A stretch of DNA of 64,000 nucleotides, taken from the IMG/VR virus record IMGVR_UViG_3300047483_000490, positions 1-64,000 of that record. The stretch is one strand, 5' to 3'. The translations under genes were made by a program, and so were the position numbers. Positions 9,406 to 18,577 of the stretch are shown here, piece by piece (within the stretch, counting starts at the first letter, position 1; each line of letters begins with the position of its first letter). The notes under the pieces were generated by a model. That model worked only from the letters and a program-made list of their open reading frames with translations, was not told the DNA's origin and ran no database searches. This stretch comes from a virus.

Positions 9406-9490
9406 ACTTTTTTGCTTTTTTATCATAAAATATTTTTTTATGTCAAATATTAGTTGTATATTTGACTTATAATTAAAAAACAAACAAAAT

Positions 9491-10090
9491 ATGTTAAACT
9501 ACAGAGAACTTACAGAGAATTTTTTAGAGACAAAATCAGAAAAAGATTTTACAGCGCTTTATCGCAAAGTTAAACCAGGATTAAAATCTTATATTAATAA
9601 AATTGTCAAAGATAGTGAAGCGACTGAGGATATTGTAGGAAATACATTAACAAAGATGTGGACTAAGATTGATCAATATGATCCACAATATCAAATTACA
9701 ACATGGTTATATCGTATTGCATTTAACGAATGTTTAGGTTACATCAATGAACGTAATAAGAAAACTTCTTTAAACAAATTAGCTGAATTTGGTATTGAAG
9801 TTGGTGATGAAGGTTTTATCGGTGGAGATATTTCTCAATTGATCGAAGATTCTGAACTTAAAACAGAACAAGATTGGTTAGATGAAGATCAAGATTTACA
9901 AAATCAATATACTGGAGCTTTAAAGGCTATTCAGTCTTTGAAACCAATTTATCGTGATATTGTAATTGATCGCTTACTTAACAATATGAAGTATGAAGAT
10001 ATTGCAGACAAGTATGATTTACCTTTGCAAACTATCAAAAACCGTATTTTAAGAGGTAAGCGTATTATCACTGAAGAATTAGAAAAATAA
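9491..10090 (+). CDS. ECF-type RNA polymerase sigma factor
   Basis: Region 2 (EDIV...KMW.KIDQYD...TWLYRIAFN) and region 4 HTH (YEDIADKYDLPLQTIKNRILRG). Confidence 0.9.
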   Translation: MLNYRELTENFLETKSEKDFTALYRKVKPGLKSYINKIVKDSEATEDIVGNTLTKMWTKIDQYDPQYQITTWLYRIAFNECLGYINERNKKTSLNKLAEFGIEVGDEGFIGGDISQLIEDSELKTEQDWLDEDQDLQNQYTGALKAIQSLKPIYRDIVIDRLLNNMKYEDIADKYDLPLQTIKNRILRGKRIITEELEK

Positions 10091-10135
10091 TGAGTTACGT
10101 ATTTTGTTATTGGGATGACCCCGTAATTTATAGAA

Positions 10136-10351
10136 ATGACAGAGAAACCAAGAATAATAATAGTCTATCGAGTATCGAGCAGAAGCAAGAAACACCAGTT
10201 GATGATTCTGGAGAATACGAACGTGGACGACATATTATCAACGACCAAGAGAAAACCAGTAATTCCTAATGAATGGGAACTCGATGAGATTTGTGTAGGT
10301 TATTCTGAAGCAACAGTCAATTCATATAAAAAGAAATACAAAATAAAATGA
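10136..10351 (+). CDS. hypothetical protein
   Basis: ORF track. Confidence 0.5.
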   Translation: MTEKPRIIIVYRVSSRSKKHQLMILENTNVDDILSTTKRKPVIPNEWELDEICVGYSEATVNSYKKKYKIK

Positions 10352-10492
10352 TAAAAATAGATCACATGACTCAATCTGGCCAAATTTATCTAATACCAAC
10401 TATTAGAGTAACTCATGATAAATTCCTATATGGTTTTTATAATATTGAATTTTGGTGGTTGAAATGGGGCTTTGAAATTATTTTAAATAAAA

Positions 10493-10520
10493 TGAAACAT
10501 TAAGATTTATTCTAATATAA
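10493..10520 (+). promoter_or_regulatory. class II promoter (G/T)AAAC-N17-TATAA
   Basis: Same motif and 17-nt spacing at many intergenic sites (601, 7719, 17590, 30780, 32543, 39295, 42744, 56295, 57637, 57873, 58870, 62677). Confidence 0.7.
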
Positions 10521-10543
10521 CTAACATCTAAAAACAAAAAACA

Positions 10544-11974
10544 ATGAACTTAGTAGACGCTTTAAGACAAGAAGACATTTTAACAGAAAATGGTATGGCA
10601 ACTAATTCAACTTCGTTGAATGCATGTGTCGATTTATTTTTTAACATTGGTGCAATGAGAGGCCAAGACAAACAACGTTTGATCGCAACCTTTTCGAAAG
10701 CATTTAATGAAGATCCGAAGCGTGCTATGAAACTTTTGTTTTGGGCCAGAGATGTTAGAGGTGGTGCAGGTGAACGTCAAGTCTTCAAAGATATTTTAGT
10801 TTACTTAGCTGAAACTCATGATTTGGCTTTAAAACCAAACTTAGGCTTAATTGCAGAGTATGGTCGTTTTGATGACTTACTAACTTTAGTAGGAACTTAT
10901 TTAGAAAATGATGCTTTGCAAATTATTGCAGATGCTCTTAAATCTGAAAATGGTTTATGTGCAAAATGGATGCCACGTAAAGGTCAAGTAGCTGAAAAGT
11001 TACGTGCATTCTTGAAATTGTCACCAAAACAATATCGTAAAACTTTAGTTAATTTAACTAACGTTGTTGAAACTAAAATGTGTGCTAAAGAATGGGATTC
11101 TATTGAATTCGGTAAATTACCATCAGTGGCTTCAGCACGATACCAAAAAGCTTTCGGTAAAAATGCTTACGAAAGTTATTCAGCTTATATCCAATCCTTA
11201 GTGAAAGGTGAAGCTAAGATTAATGCAGGCGCAGTTTATCCTTATGATGTTGTAAAATCATTAACACACGGAAATGCAGCAGTAGCAAACGAACAATGGA
11301 AAGCCCTTCCAAATTACTTAGAAGGAGCAAACGATATGATTTTACCAGTGGTAGATGTTTCTGGTTCTATGTCTTGCTCTGCAGGAGGTAGTAAAACAGT
11401 AACATGTATGGATGTTGCAATCTCTTTAGGTCTTTATATTTCTGAAAGAAATGAAGGTCCTTTCAAAGATGCATTTATTACATTTTCAAACAATCCACAG
11501 TTACAAGTACTAAGTGGTTCATTGCAAGATCGCTACGCACAGATGTTATGTTCCGATTGGGGAATGTCAACAAATCTCGAGGCGACCTTCAAGCTGATCT
11601 TAGATCAGGCCACTAAACATAAATTGTCTCAAGACAAGATGCCAAATAAAGTTCTGATCTTGTCAGATATGGAATTTAATGCAGCAACTAGATCTAGCGG
11701 ATGGAGAAATACCGGATCAGATTGGAATCCAACTGCTCAACAAATGATTGAGAAAATGTACGAAGATGCAGGTTACAAAATGCCTCAAATCGTTTATTGG
11801 AACATTCAATCCAGAAATGGTGGAGTGCCAGTAGCATTTGACAAAGCAGGAACTGCATTAGTGTCAGGATTCTCTCCAGCAATTATGACAAGTTTACTTG
11901 GAGGAGATATTGAGTCTCCACAACAAATCATGGATAAAACAATCTTGAGCGAGAGATACGCTCCAATTGTTTAA
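10544..11974 (+). CDS. Ro60/TROVE-like vWA-domain protein (DUF2828-type)
   Basis: TENG N-terminus, RDVRGGAGER, EYGRFDDL, AKWMPR, vWA MIDAS DVSGSM and LSDMEF, VYWN, SGFS. Confidence 0.85.
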   Translation: MNLVDALRQEDILTENGMATNSTSLNACVDLFFNIGAMRGQDKQRLIATFSKAFNEDPKRAMKLLFWARDVRGGAGERQVFKDILVYLAETHDLALKPNLGLIAEYGRFDDLLTLVGTYLENDALQIIADALKSENGLCAKWMPRKGQVAEKLRAFLKLSPKQYRKTLVNLTNVVETKMCAKEWDSIEFGKLPSVASARYQKAFGKNAYESYSAYIQSLVKGEAKINAGAVYPYDVVKSLTHGNAAVANEQWKALPNYLEGANDMILPVVDVSGSMSCSAGGSKTVTCMDVAISLGLYISERNEGPFKDAFITFSNNPQLQVLSGSLQDRYAQMLCSDWGMSTNLEATFKLILDQATKHKLSQDKMPNKVLILSDMEFNAATRSSGWRNTGSDWNPTAQQMIEKMYEDAGYKMPQIVYWNIQSRNGGVPVAFDKAGTALVSGFSPAIMTSLLGGDIESPQQIMDKTILSERYAPIV

Positions 11975-11990
11975 GATATATAAAGAAAAT

Positions 11991-12048
11991 TGGTTCCTTA
12001 CAGCAAACTATAAAAAGCAATCACTTAACTAGCAAACGATTGGAACCA
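11991..12048 (+). ncRNA. CAGCAA-motif small RNA A (Y-RNA-like candidate)
   Basis: tggttcc/ggaacca terminal helix followed by tta-cagcaa; 17 nt after the TROVE-like gene. Confidence 0.65.
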
Positions 12049-12051
12049 GGT

Positions 12052-12297
12052 GGATCGGTACAGCAAAAAGTACACACACAACTATGACAAATCTGAACAA
12101 CAGCGGAGCCAGTGGTTAGTCCCGGCATTGAAGCTGCAGATACGGTGAAGGTTAACACTAGAAAATGGACCGCCAGTCATACCACCCCAACAGGCGCAAG
12201 TAGGATGTAGTCGAAGTATAGTAGACTCTCGCGAAAGCTAAGCCGAAGACTATAAAGAGGGTTATTCTGCCGAGAAGAAAATCACGAACAACGATCC
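12052..12297 (+). ncRNA. CAGCAA-motif RNA B (long, multibranch)
   Basis: ggatcg/cgatcc terminal helix + gta-cagcaa; GC-rich internal helices. Confidence 0.6.
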
Positions 12298-12308
12298 CGT
12301 TATAATTT

Positions 12309-12338
12309 AATCCAGGCCCGTAAGCCTGGATTTTTTTT
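12309..12338 (+). terminator. intrinsic terminator
   Basis: aatccaggc-ccgtaa-gcctggatt + U tract. Confidence 0.85.
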
Positions 12339-12414
12339 GTAAAAAATATACGTAATTATTTTTTTATGTCAAAAAGATTTTGTATATTAGCCTTATAATT
12401 AAAACACCAAGATT

Positions 12415-12579
12415 ATGACTTACAAAAATTATTTGATCGAAGAGAATGAAAATTATCATGTAGCACACCCTGAAAGTAAATATGTTTTTAGTAGTACTAC
12501 AGACTGCGATGAATCTATGGGATGTGGTCGTAGTATCGAAGAGTGTATTGAGCAAATTAACGAACGTTTAGATTTTTAA
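12415..12579 (+). CDS. small hypothetical protein (54 aa)
   Basis: Manual ORF after class I promoter. Confidence 0.55.
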   Translation: MTYKNYLIEENENYHVAHPESKYVFSSTTDCDESMGCGRSIEECIEQINERLDF

Positions 12580-12582
12580 GTT

Positions 12583-12963
12583 ATGAATTGGGAAGAAAGA
12601 AAAGCAGCCTACAAGGCAAAAGCAAAAACATTAAATGATGTACCTAAAGACCTAGCATACTTTTCAAAGTTTAACACTCTGAAAATGGCAGTGATGGAGA
12701 AGGTTGAAACTGACATTAAAGCGGGTAAAATTAAACTTGAAGATGCCAGTGAATTACATACAATTCGAGATGCTGCAGGTACCTTTGGTTTTACCGAAAG
12801 ATATGTAAATGTATTGATGGAATATGCATATCAAGAGGCAGTAATAGAAACTGCGAAAAGATTTGCATTAGAAACAAAGGCGATGAACGATGCTTACGAA
12901 AAGATCGTTGATATTATGGATGGACTAGATATGTTACCAATTAATTGTAACTGTGATTATTAA
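12583..12963 (+). CDS. hypothetical protein
   Basis: ORF track. Confidence 0.65.
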   Translation: MNWEERKAAYKAKAKTLNDVPKDLAYFSKFNTLKMAVMEKVETDIKAGKIKLEDASELHTIRDAAGTFGFTERYVNVLMEYAYQEAVIETAKRFALETKAMNDAYEKIVDIMDGLDMLPINCNCDY

Positions 12964-12967
12964 AGAT

Positions 12968-13132
12968 ATGGCAAAGAAGAAAAAGAACCCTGATATTGAC
13001 GGCTATCCAGAACGTCACTTAGCAGCAATGATTCGTCGAAAAATGATTCAGAAAAATCATGGCGATGAAACTAAATACGACAGAAAAGATAAAAGCTGGA
13101 AGAAAGAACTTAAAGACAAAGACAATGATTAA
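12968..13132 (+). CDS. small basic hypothetical protein (54 aa)
   Basis: Manual ORF filling the gap, coupled to next gene. Confidence 0.5.
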   Translation: MAKKKKNPDIDGYPERHLAAMIRRKMIQKNHGDETKYDRKDKSWKKELKDKDND

Positions 13133-13787
13133 TAATTTAGACATAATAAAACCTTTACTAAACTTCGAAAAGAAGGGAGACTTCTATATGCTTTACGTTT
13201 TTAAACGCAAAAAGGATCAACCCGAAGGAGAAAGAGATAATCATCAATCAGTAAGAACAATCAAAACTTATTGTATTGAAAGCATTGATCATTTAGAACG
13301 CAGATATGATGAGATTATTCAACTATGTGAAATGTTTAAAGCGCGTGCATATATTCATGTGCAAAAGCAAAATCATTTTGATGTTTCTTTAAATATGATG
13401 GTTGCTTTAGCTCAAAGAATTCAAGATGGAAACAACAACCAAAAAGGCTTGTTTGATTCTGTGGTTGGTCAGATCAAGACTCAAGAAAAGAGATGGATCA
13501 TTGATTTAGACGATGTAGATGTAGTAAGTCCAGTAATGATGGCATATATTGAATATGAATGTGCTCCAATTACTAAAGTTAAATTTGACAAGGCTGGAAT
13601 GCCAATAGGTTATGAAGTTGGACCAAAAATCGAATCAATTATTCCAACTAAAAGTGGTTTTCATTTAATCACTAAGAAGTTTGATGTTATGAAGTTCAAA
13701 GAGAAATATCCAGATCTAGATATTCAAAAAAAGAATCCTACGCTGCTTTATTATCCAGACTCGTTAGATATTATGAATCATTACTAA
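13125..13787 (+). CDS. conserved phage hypothetical protein
   Basis: RKKD, ARAYI, WIIDLD, PTKSGFHLIT motifs. Confidence 0.7.
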   Translation: MINNLDIIKPLLNFEKKGDFYMLYVFKRKKDQPEGERDNHQSVRTIKTYCIESIDHLERRYDEIIQLCEMFKARAYIHVQKQNHFDVSLNMMVALAQRIQDGNNNQKGLFDSVVGQIKTQEKRWIIDLDDVDVVSPVMMAYIEYECAPITKVKFDKAGMPIGYEVGPKIESIIPTKSGFHLITKKFDVMKFKEKYPDLDIQKKNPTLLYYPDSLDIMNHY

Positions 13788-13861
13788 AAATAATTGCTTA
13801 AATATTTTTTTATGTCAAATATTAGTTGTATATTAGCCTTATAATTAAAAACAAACTTATT

Positions 13862-14062
13862 ATGACAGATATTAAATTAGATTACAGTAAAATTAGTAAC
13901 GTTCAAGTTGGTGGTGTAGATATGCAAGATTATCCAGATTTCTGCGATGCTTATATTGAATCAGCAGATTACGGAGATCGTGAAATGACTGATGAAGAGT
14001 TAGACATTTTAAATGAAGACGGAGAATTTATCTCTATTAATGCTCACGAAAGTTTATATTAA
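13862..14062 (+). CDS. hypothetical protein (DYPDFCDAYI family)
   Basis: Follows class I promoter. Confidence 0.65.
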   Translation: MTDIKLDYSKISNVQVGGVDMQDYPDFCDAYIESADYGDREMTDEELDILNEDGEFISINAHESLY

Positions 14063-14072
14063 AACAAGAATT

Positions 14073-14738
14073 ATGAAAATAATAGTTAACCCAGGACAAA
14101 GAGTCTTTTTTACTTCAGATACGCATTACAACCATACAAATATTTGTAGAGGTGTTTCTAAGTGGGATGGCGCTAGAGGGACTCGAGATTATGACTCCTT
14201 GAATCAAATGAACATTGACATACAAGACAATATAAATATGTTAGTTATGCCAGATGACATCTTGATTCACTTGGGTGACTGGTCTTTTGGGGGCTTTGAG
14301 TCTATTGTAGAGTTTAGAAACAAACTAAACTGTAAGAACATTCACTTGTTCTTAGGAAATCATGATCATCACATCCTTAACAACAGAGATAACGTGCAAG
14401 ATCTTTTTGCTTCTGTAAATGAGCAAAGAATGGTTACTATTGTTATGCAACCTGAGGTTAAAGGTCAAGCTGCAAAAAGATATAGATTTGTTATGAGTCA
14501 TTATCCTTTAGCTTCTTGGCAAGATATGGGACAAGGTGTTATGCACGTCCATGGTCATATTCATACACCTCACCAATTTAAACTTGGGCCAGGTAAAATG
14601 ATGGATGTTGGACTTGATGGAAACCCTGATTTTCAACCATATACAATTCAACAAGTCTTGAAACTAATAGCAGATAGACCAATACAATCATTATTAAAAC
14701 ACGAGTTCGATCATCATAACGATGCTCAGACTTGCTAA
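14073..14738 (+). CDS. calcineurin-like metallophosphoesterase
   Basis: SDTH, LGD, GNHD, SHYP, HGHIH motifs. Confidence 0.9.
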   Translation: MKIIVNPGQRVFFTSDTHYNHTNICRGVSKWDGARGTRDYDSLNQMNIDIQDNINMLVMPDDILIHLGDWSFGGFESIVEFRNKLNCKNIHLFLGNHDHHILNNRDNVQDLFASVNEQRMVTIVMQPEVKGQAAKRYRFVMSHYPLASWQDMGQGVMHVHGHIHTPHQFKLGPGKMMDVGLDGNPDFQPYTIQQVLKLIADRPIQSLLKHEFDHHNDAQTC

Positions 14739-14748
14739 ATAAACAAAC

Positions 14749-15135
14749 ATGAAAGAATTATTTTTATTAAGAGGTTTACCAGGTTCTGGCAAATCAACAG
14801 TTGCGAAATCTTTAGGTGGAACACATCACGAGGCAGATCATTTCTTTACAAATAAGAAAGGCGAATATAAGTTTGAGGCTGTAAAGCTTTTACAAGCTCA
14901 TAAATATTGCCAATCATCTTGTAAAGAAGACATGGAAAACGGCGAAGAACGTATTGTTATCTCAAACACATTCACACAAGAATGGGAAATGGAAACCTAT
15001 TATACTTTGGCAAAAAAGTATGGTTATATTGTTTATGCTTTAATTGTTGAAAATAGACACAATGGAGTTAACCAACATGGTGTTCCAGCAGAAAAATTAA
15101 AGCAAATGGAAGACAGATTTGAGATACAATTGTAA
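14749..15135 (+). CDS. P-loop kinase (AAA_33, polynucleotide kinase-like)
   Basis: RGLPGSGKST, EAD.FF, SNTFT, HGVP motifs. Confidence 0.85.
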   Translation: MKELFLLRGLPGSGKSTVAKSLGGTHHEADHFFTNKKGEYKFEAVKLLQAHKYCQSSCKEDMENGEERIVISNTFTQEWEMETYYTLAKKYGYIVYALIVENRHNGVNQHGVPAEKLKQMEDRFEIQL

Positions 15136-15215
15136 ATAATGCGAAAATAATTGCTTAAATATTTTTTTATGTCAAATATTAGTTGTATATTTACATATAA
15201 CAAATTAATAAAAGT

Positions 15216-16628
15216 ATGAAAAAATTATCATTATTATTAGTAGCAGCATTAGTATTTCAATCTTGTTCAAAAGACGAACTTTCTGAGATTACACCAGTTG
15301 TAAAAAATTCAACAGTTGCTCCAGGAGAATTAAGCTCAGATTCTAAATTAGACAGTAGAATTCTTAATTCAAGCTCTTTAAAAGAATCGATTCTTAAAGG
15401 TGAAACTGTCTATACAACCACTTTAGACGGCGATGGTCATTCATGTATGAGTTGCCACGTCTCTAAAGACGGTTATGACATTGCTTTATTTAACAACATT
15501 GATTCTATTCCATTTATGAATAGAACATTTCAAAGAGCAATCAAACACGTTTCTATACAAGATGCTTCAAACGTGATGAATTACATTAAAAGTTTGACAA
15601 AAGGTAAAGTTACACCTCGAAATTCAATTAAGAATGTCTATCAACCAGGAGCTGAAGTAGTAACTGAAACTCAATTTGCAATGTCAATTGGTCTAAATAA
15701 TCCAGTTTACACTACAAATCAAGTTAATTCTTGGGACTTTACACAAATTAAAGTGCCTATTTTATTGCCATCTTGGATTGACACTAATTCTATTAATGAT
15801 ATTATGCCAGACAAGCCAATGCTTCTTTTAAGAGAAGGCAACGCAGCTGTTAAAAATGCATATAATCAATATTTGAATGCACCAACTGATGAAAACTTTG
15901 TAAGATTTAAAAGAATTGTATTTAATAATTTGACAGAAGGTCAAAGACACCCAGGTGAGCATGGATATTCAGACTTTAAAGAGTCTTATAACACAATGAA
16001 ATGGATGTCTAGCGCTTATATTCAACACGTAATCAGATACAAAAATGGAAATTTTGGTCCATTTAATATGATGGTTGATGGTAAAATGTCAGATGACACA
16101 TACGAATCGGTTTTAGATCCAATTTGGTTTGCTGGTGATATTGCTCGCAGAAGTTTAGATAATGGTAGCGTAACGCAACAATTACCAGAAAGAGATGAAA
16201 TCAGATCTACGTGGTTGTATCTTGGATGGATTGGAAATTACGGCAAAACTGCTAATTTTGAAACTAAGTATATTGCCGAAGCTCTTATAAGTAAAAGATT
16301 TCAATATTTAACACAAGCAGTTATTATGAAATCTTTAGTGAACAGACCGAATAATGTTCAAGCTCTTTACGACGATATTAAAACAGCCAGTAAAGATGTA
16401 GATCCAAACACAGGCAATTATGATAAATGTTTAGATTTCATGTTAACTTATGTCGATAATAAAATCACTACGAATTATCAAGGAGCTAAAGTGATAGGCG
16501 ATCAGAAAAAATGGTCTTTAGAAGATCTTGAAACAGCTCGAGGTTATATTAATCAAAGGGCAGGTGGTTCTAAAACAGCTTTATTAGCTAAGATTGACAA
16601 AATTATAACAGCAGTAAACGCAATGTAA
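15216..16628 (+). CDS. lipoprotein with CxxCH (c-type heme) motif
   Basis: Lipobox FQSC; SCMSCH. Confidence 0.6.
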   Translation: MKKLSLLLVAALVFQSCSKDELSEITPVVKNSTVAPGELSSDSKLDSRILNSSSLKESILKGETVYTTTLDGDGHSCMSCHVSKDGYDIALFNNIDSIPFMNRTFQRAIKHVSIQDASNVMNYIKSLTKGKVTPRNSIKNVYQPGAEVVTETQFAMSIGLNNPVYTTNQVNSWDFTQIKVPILLPSWIDTNSINDIMPDKPMLLLREGNAAVKNAYNQYLNAPTDENFVRFKRIVFNNLTEGQRHPGEHGYSDFKESYNTMKWMSSAYIQHVIRYKNGNFGPFNMMVDGKMSDDTYESVLDPIWFAGDIARRSLDNGSVTQQLPERDEIRSTWLYLGWIGNYGKTANFETKYIAEALISKRFQYLTQAVIMKSLVNRPNNVQALYDDIKTASKDVDPNTGNYDKCLDFMLTYVDNKITTNYQGAKVIGDQKKWSLEDLETARGYINQRAGGSKTALLAKIDKIITAVNAM

Positions 16629-16748
16629 TTATGAAAGAAAAAGAAACAAATCAAATGATTTTAATACTATTGCTAATTGGTTTTGCATTTGGCTTTATAG
16701 TTGCAAAAGGACTTTATGATAATACGCCAATCACAAGAGCAGATGTAT

Positions 16749-17006
16749 ATGAAATTAATCAATCGCAGTGGTATGAATAGCACAGAAATCATAGGTTCTT
16801 TTTTAGAAAGGAATTCATTTAAGAAGGTTGGAGAAAATAAGTATGCAAATGATTTGTGTTTAGTTACGATCAAAGAAGATCATTATCAAATTAACTTTAC
16901 AAATTTTGATGGAGATTGGGAATTTTACACAGATTCATTACATATACCATCATTAGTAGGCACATTAACATGGAACGATTTATTAGATAGAAATTACTCA
17001 AAATAA
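16749..17006 (+). CDS. hypothetical protein
   Basis: ORF track. Confidence 0.5.
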   Translation: MKLINRSGMNSTEIIGSFLERNSFKKVGENKYANDLCLVTIKEDHYQINFTNFDGDWEFYTDSLHIPSLVGTLTWNDLLDRNYSK

Positions 17007-17010
17007 GATT

Positions 17011-17592
17011 ATGAAAGTATACACTCAAAAACAAGTTAAAGAATTATTAGAAACACAAAGAGGTAATTGTTACGTTGCTGTTTTAAATGAAACTAAAAAT
17101 GAAGAAATTGCAGGAATGACTCTTTTAGCGCCAATTCCAGCTGGAGAACAATTCGATAAAATGTATGGCGTTGATGTTACTGAATTAATTCACGAAGATC
17201 TAGCTGACAAGGAATTGCAAGAAAATTACAATAGCTTTAAAAGATCAAAGGAATCTGCAAAGACATCTTACAATGCATTAGTACCGAAGTTAAACTCTAT
17301 GATTGACATGATTGTTAATTTAAAAGAACTTATAGTTTCATTATCAATGCAAGGACTATCAACTGAAAATGCTGTAAAAAGACTTGCAAAATTAGATGAT
17401 CGTTTTACTAAACTTTCAGAAAGAGCAGATTTCTATAAAACTGAAATGGACAAGCAAGATCTTTTAATTAAAAAATATGAAGATTGGAACGAGCGTAAAT
17501 TGTTTATGCACTGGAAATATTTATCATTATTAAAGGCAATTGATGAGCCTTGGTTGGATTGGAAACAAGGATATAAAGACACAATACTTTAA
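17011..17592 (+). CDS. hypothetical coiled-coil protein
   Basis: ORF track. Confidence 0.65.
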   Translation: MKVYTQKQVKELLETQRGNCYVAVLNETKNEEIAGMTLLAPIPAGEQFDKMYGVDVTELIHEDLADKELQENYNSFKRSKESAKTSYNALVPKLNSMIDMIVNLKELIVSLSMQGLSTENAVKRLAKLDDRFTKLSERADFYKTEMDKQDLLIKKYEDWNERKLFMHWKYLSLLKAIDEPWLDWKQGYKDTIL

Positions 17593-17698
17593 ACTTTTTA
17601 AAGGTTTAAGATATAATAAATAGATCCACTACGAAAACGGCGCGCGAAACTACTAATACCGACTCGTACTGTCTGGCAGGTCAGACTGGATTTATGGA

Positions 17699-17779
17699 AG
17701 TTAGATATTGCGTAATGTGAAAGCGGTCTATCACACCCTCCGGGTTGCAAAGTCGTAGGTTCGAATCCTACTCTAACTA
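17699..17779 (+). ncRNA. tRNA-like RNA (acceptor + T arm, no recognisable anticodon arm)
   Basis: agttaga/tctaact stem, gtagg-ttcgaat-cctac T arm. Confidence 0.55.
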
Positions 17780-17801
17780 CAAACATATAAAATATAAAAT
17801 T

Positions 17802-17978
17802 ATGGGATTTTTTTCAAGTATTATTACAGCAACGGTTAAGACCGTATTAACGCCAGTAGCAATCGTTAAAGATGTTGTGAATGTTGCAACAGGAGAGGAA
17901 GTTAACGCAACTACAAAACTTATATCTAGCGCAGCTGAGGATTTATCAGATGCTGTCGATGATATAACAGGAGGTTAA
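17802..17978 (+). CDS. small hypothetical protein
   Basis: ATG after A-rich leader. Confidence 0.6.
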   Translation: MGFFSSIITATVKTVLTPVAIVKDVVNVATGEEVNATTKLISSAAEDLSDAVDDITGG

Positions 17979-17986
17979 ATTTTATC

Positions 17987-18115
17987 GGCCAGGTGGTGGA
18001 ATTGGTAGACACTAAGCCTCAGCAAGAGTGGCGGAACGCTGTGACGGACTCCGAAGTACAAGGAGTTGAAGGTGAAGATTACGCACGGTTATAGGTTCGA
18101 ATCCTGTCCTGGTCA
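17987..18115 (+). ncRNA. tRNA-like RNA with structured insert replacing the anticodon arm
   Basis: ggccagg/cctggtc acceptor, Leu-type D arm, canonical T arm, ~70-nt insert. Confidence 0.7.
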
Positions 18116-18195
18116 CTCTACTTAAACTAGTTTATGAACAGTCTTTGAGGTGAGATGCTCTCATTATAAAATTAGGTTAAACATTGAATACCTTT

Positions 18196-18460
18196 GTAAA
18201 TAAGCGGACTCAGTAGTGTGGGCAGTACCTTTCATGGTATGAAGCAAAGAAGACAGGATGTAATTTCCTTCCTTATTTACATAAAGATACTATCAGTAAT
18301 GGTAGATGTGTTGTTCCCTTGAGAAAGAAATATGAAATACGAGGTAGGTCATAACATCCTACACAACACAAATGAGTTCTCAGCAAGTAGTTAAAGCGGA
18401 AGATTGTACATTAAATTGTCCGAAGTACTTAACAGATTAACTACGTGACCCTACTCTTAT
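18196..18460 (+). ncRNA. cluster of putative structured small RNAs
   Basis: Closing helices gtaaataag/cttatttac, tgtgttgt/acaacaca, gtagttaa/ttaactac; no ORF. Confidence 0.45.
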
Positions 18461-18577
18461 ATGGGCGTAAACAGTAAGAAATAGTCATATAAGAAAGAGG
18501 GTGCTAAAAATATTTGCTTAAATATTTTTTTATGTCAAATTAATTATGTATATTTACATATCTAAATAAAACACAAG

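Noticed and set aside
17987-18115. tmRNA
   Set aside because: No G3:U70 acceptor and too short for a tag ORF.
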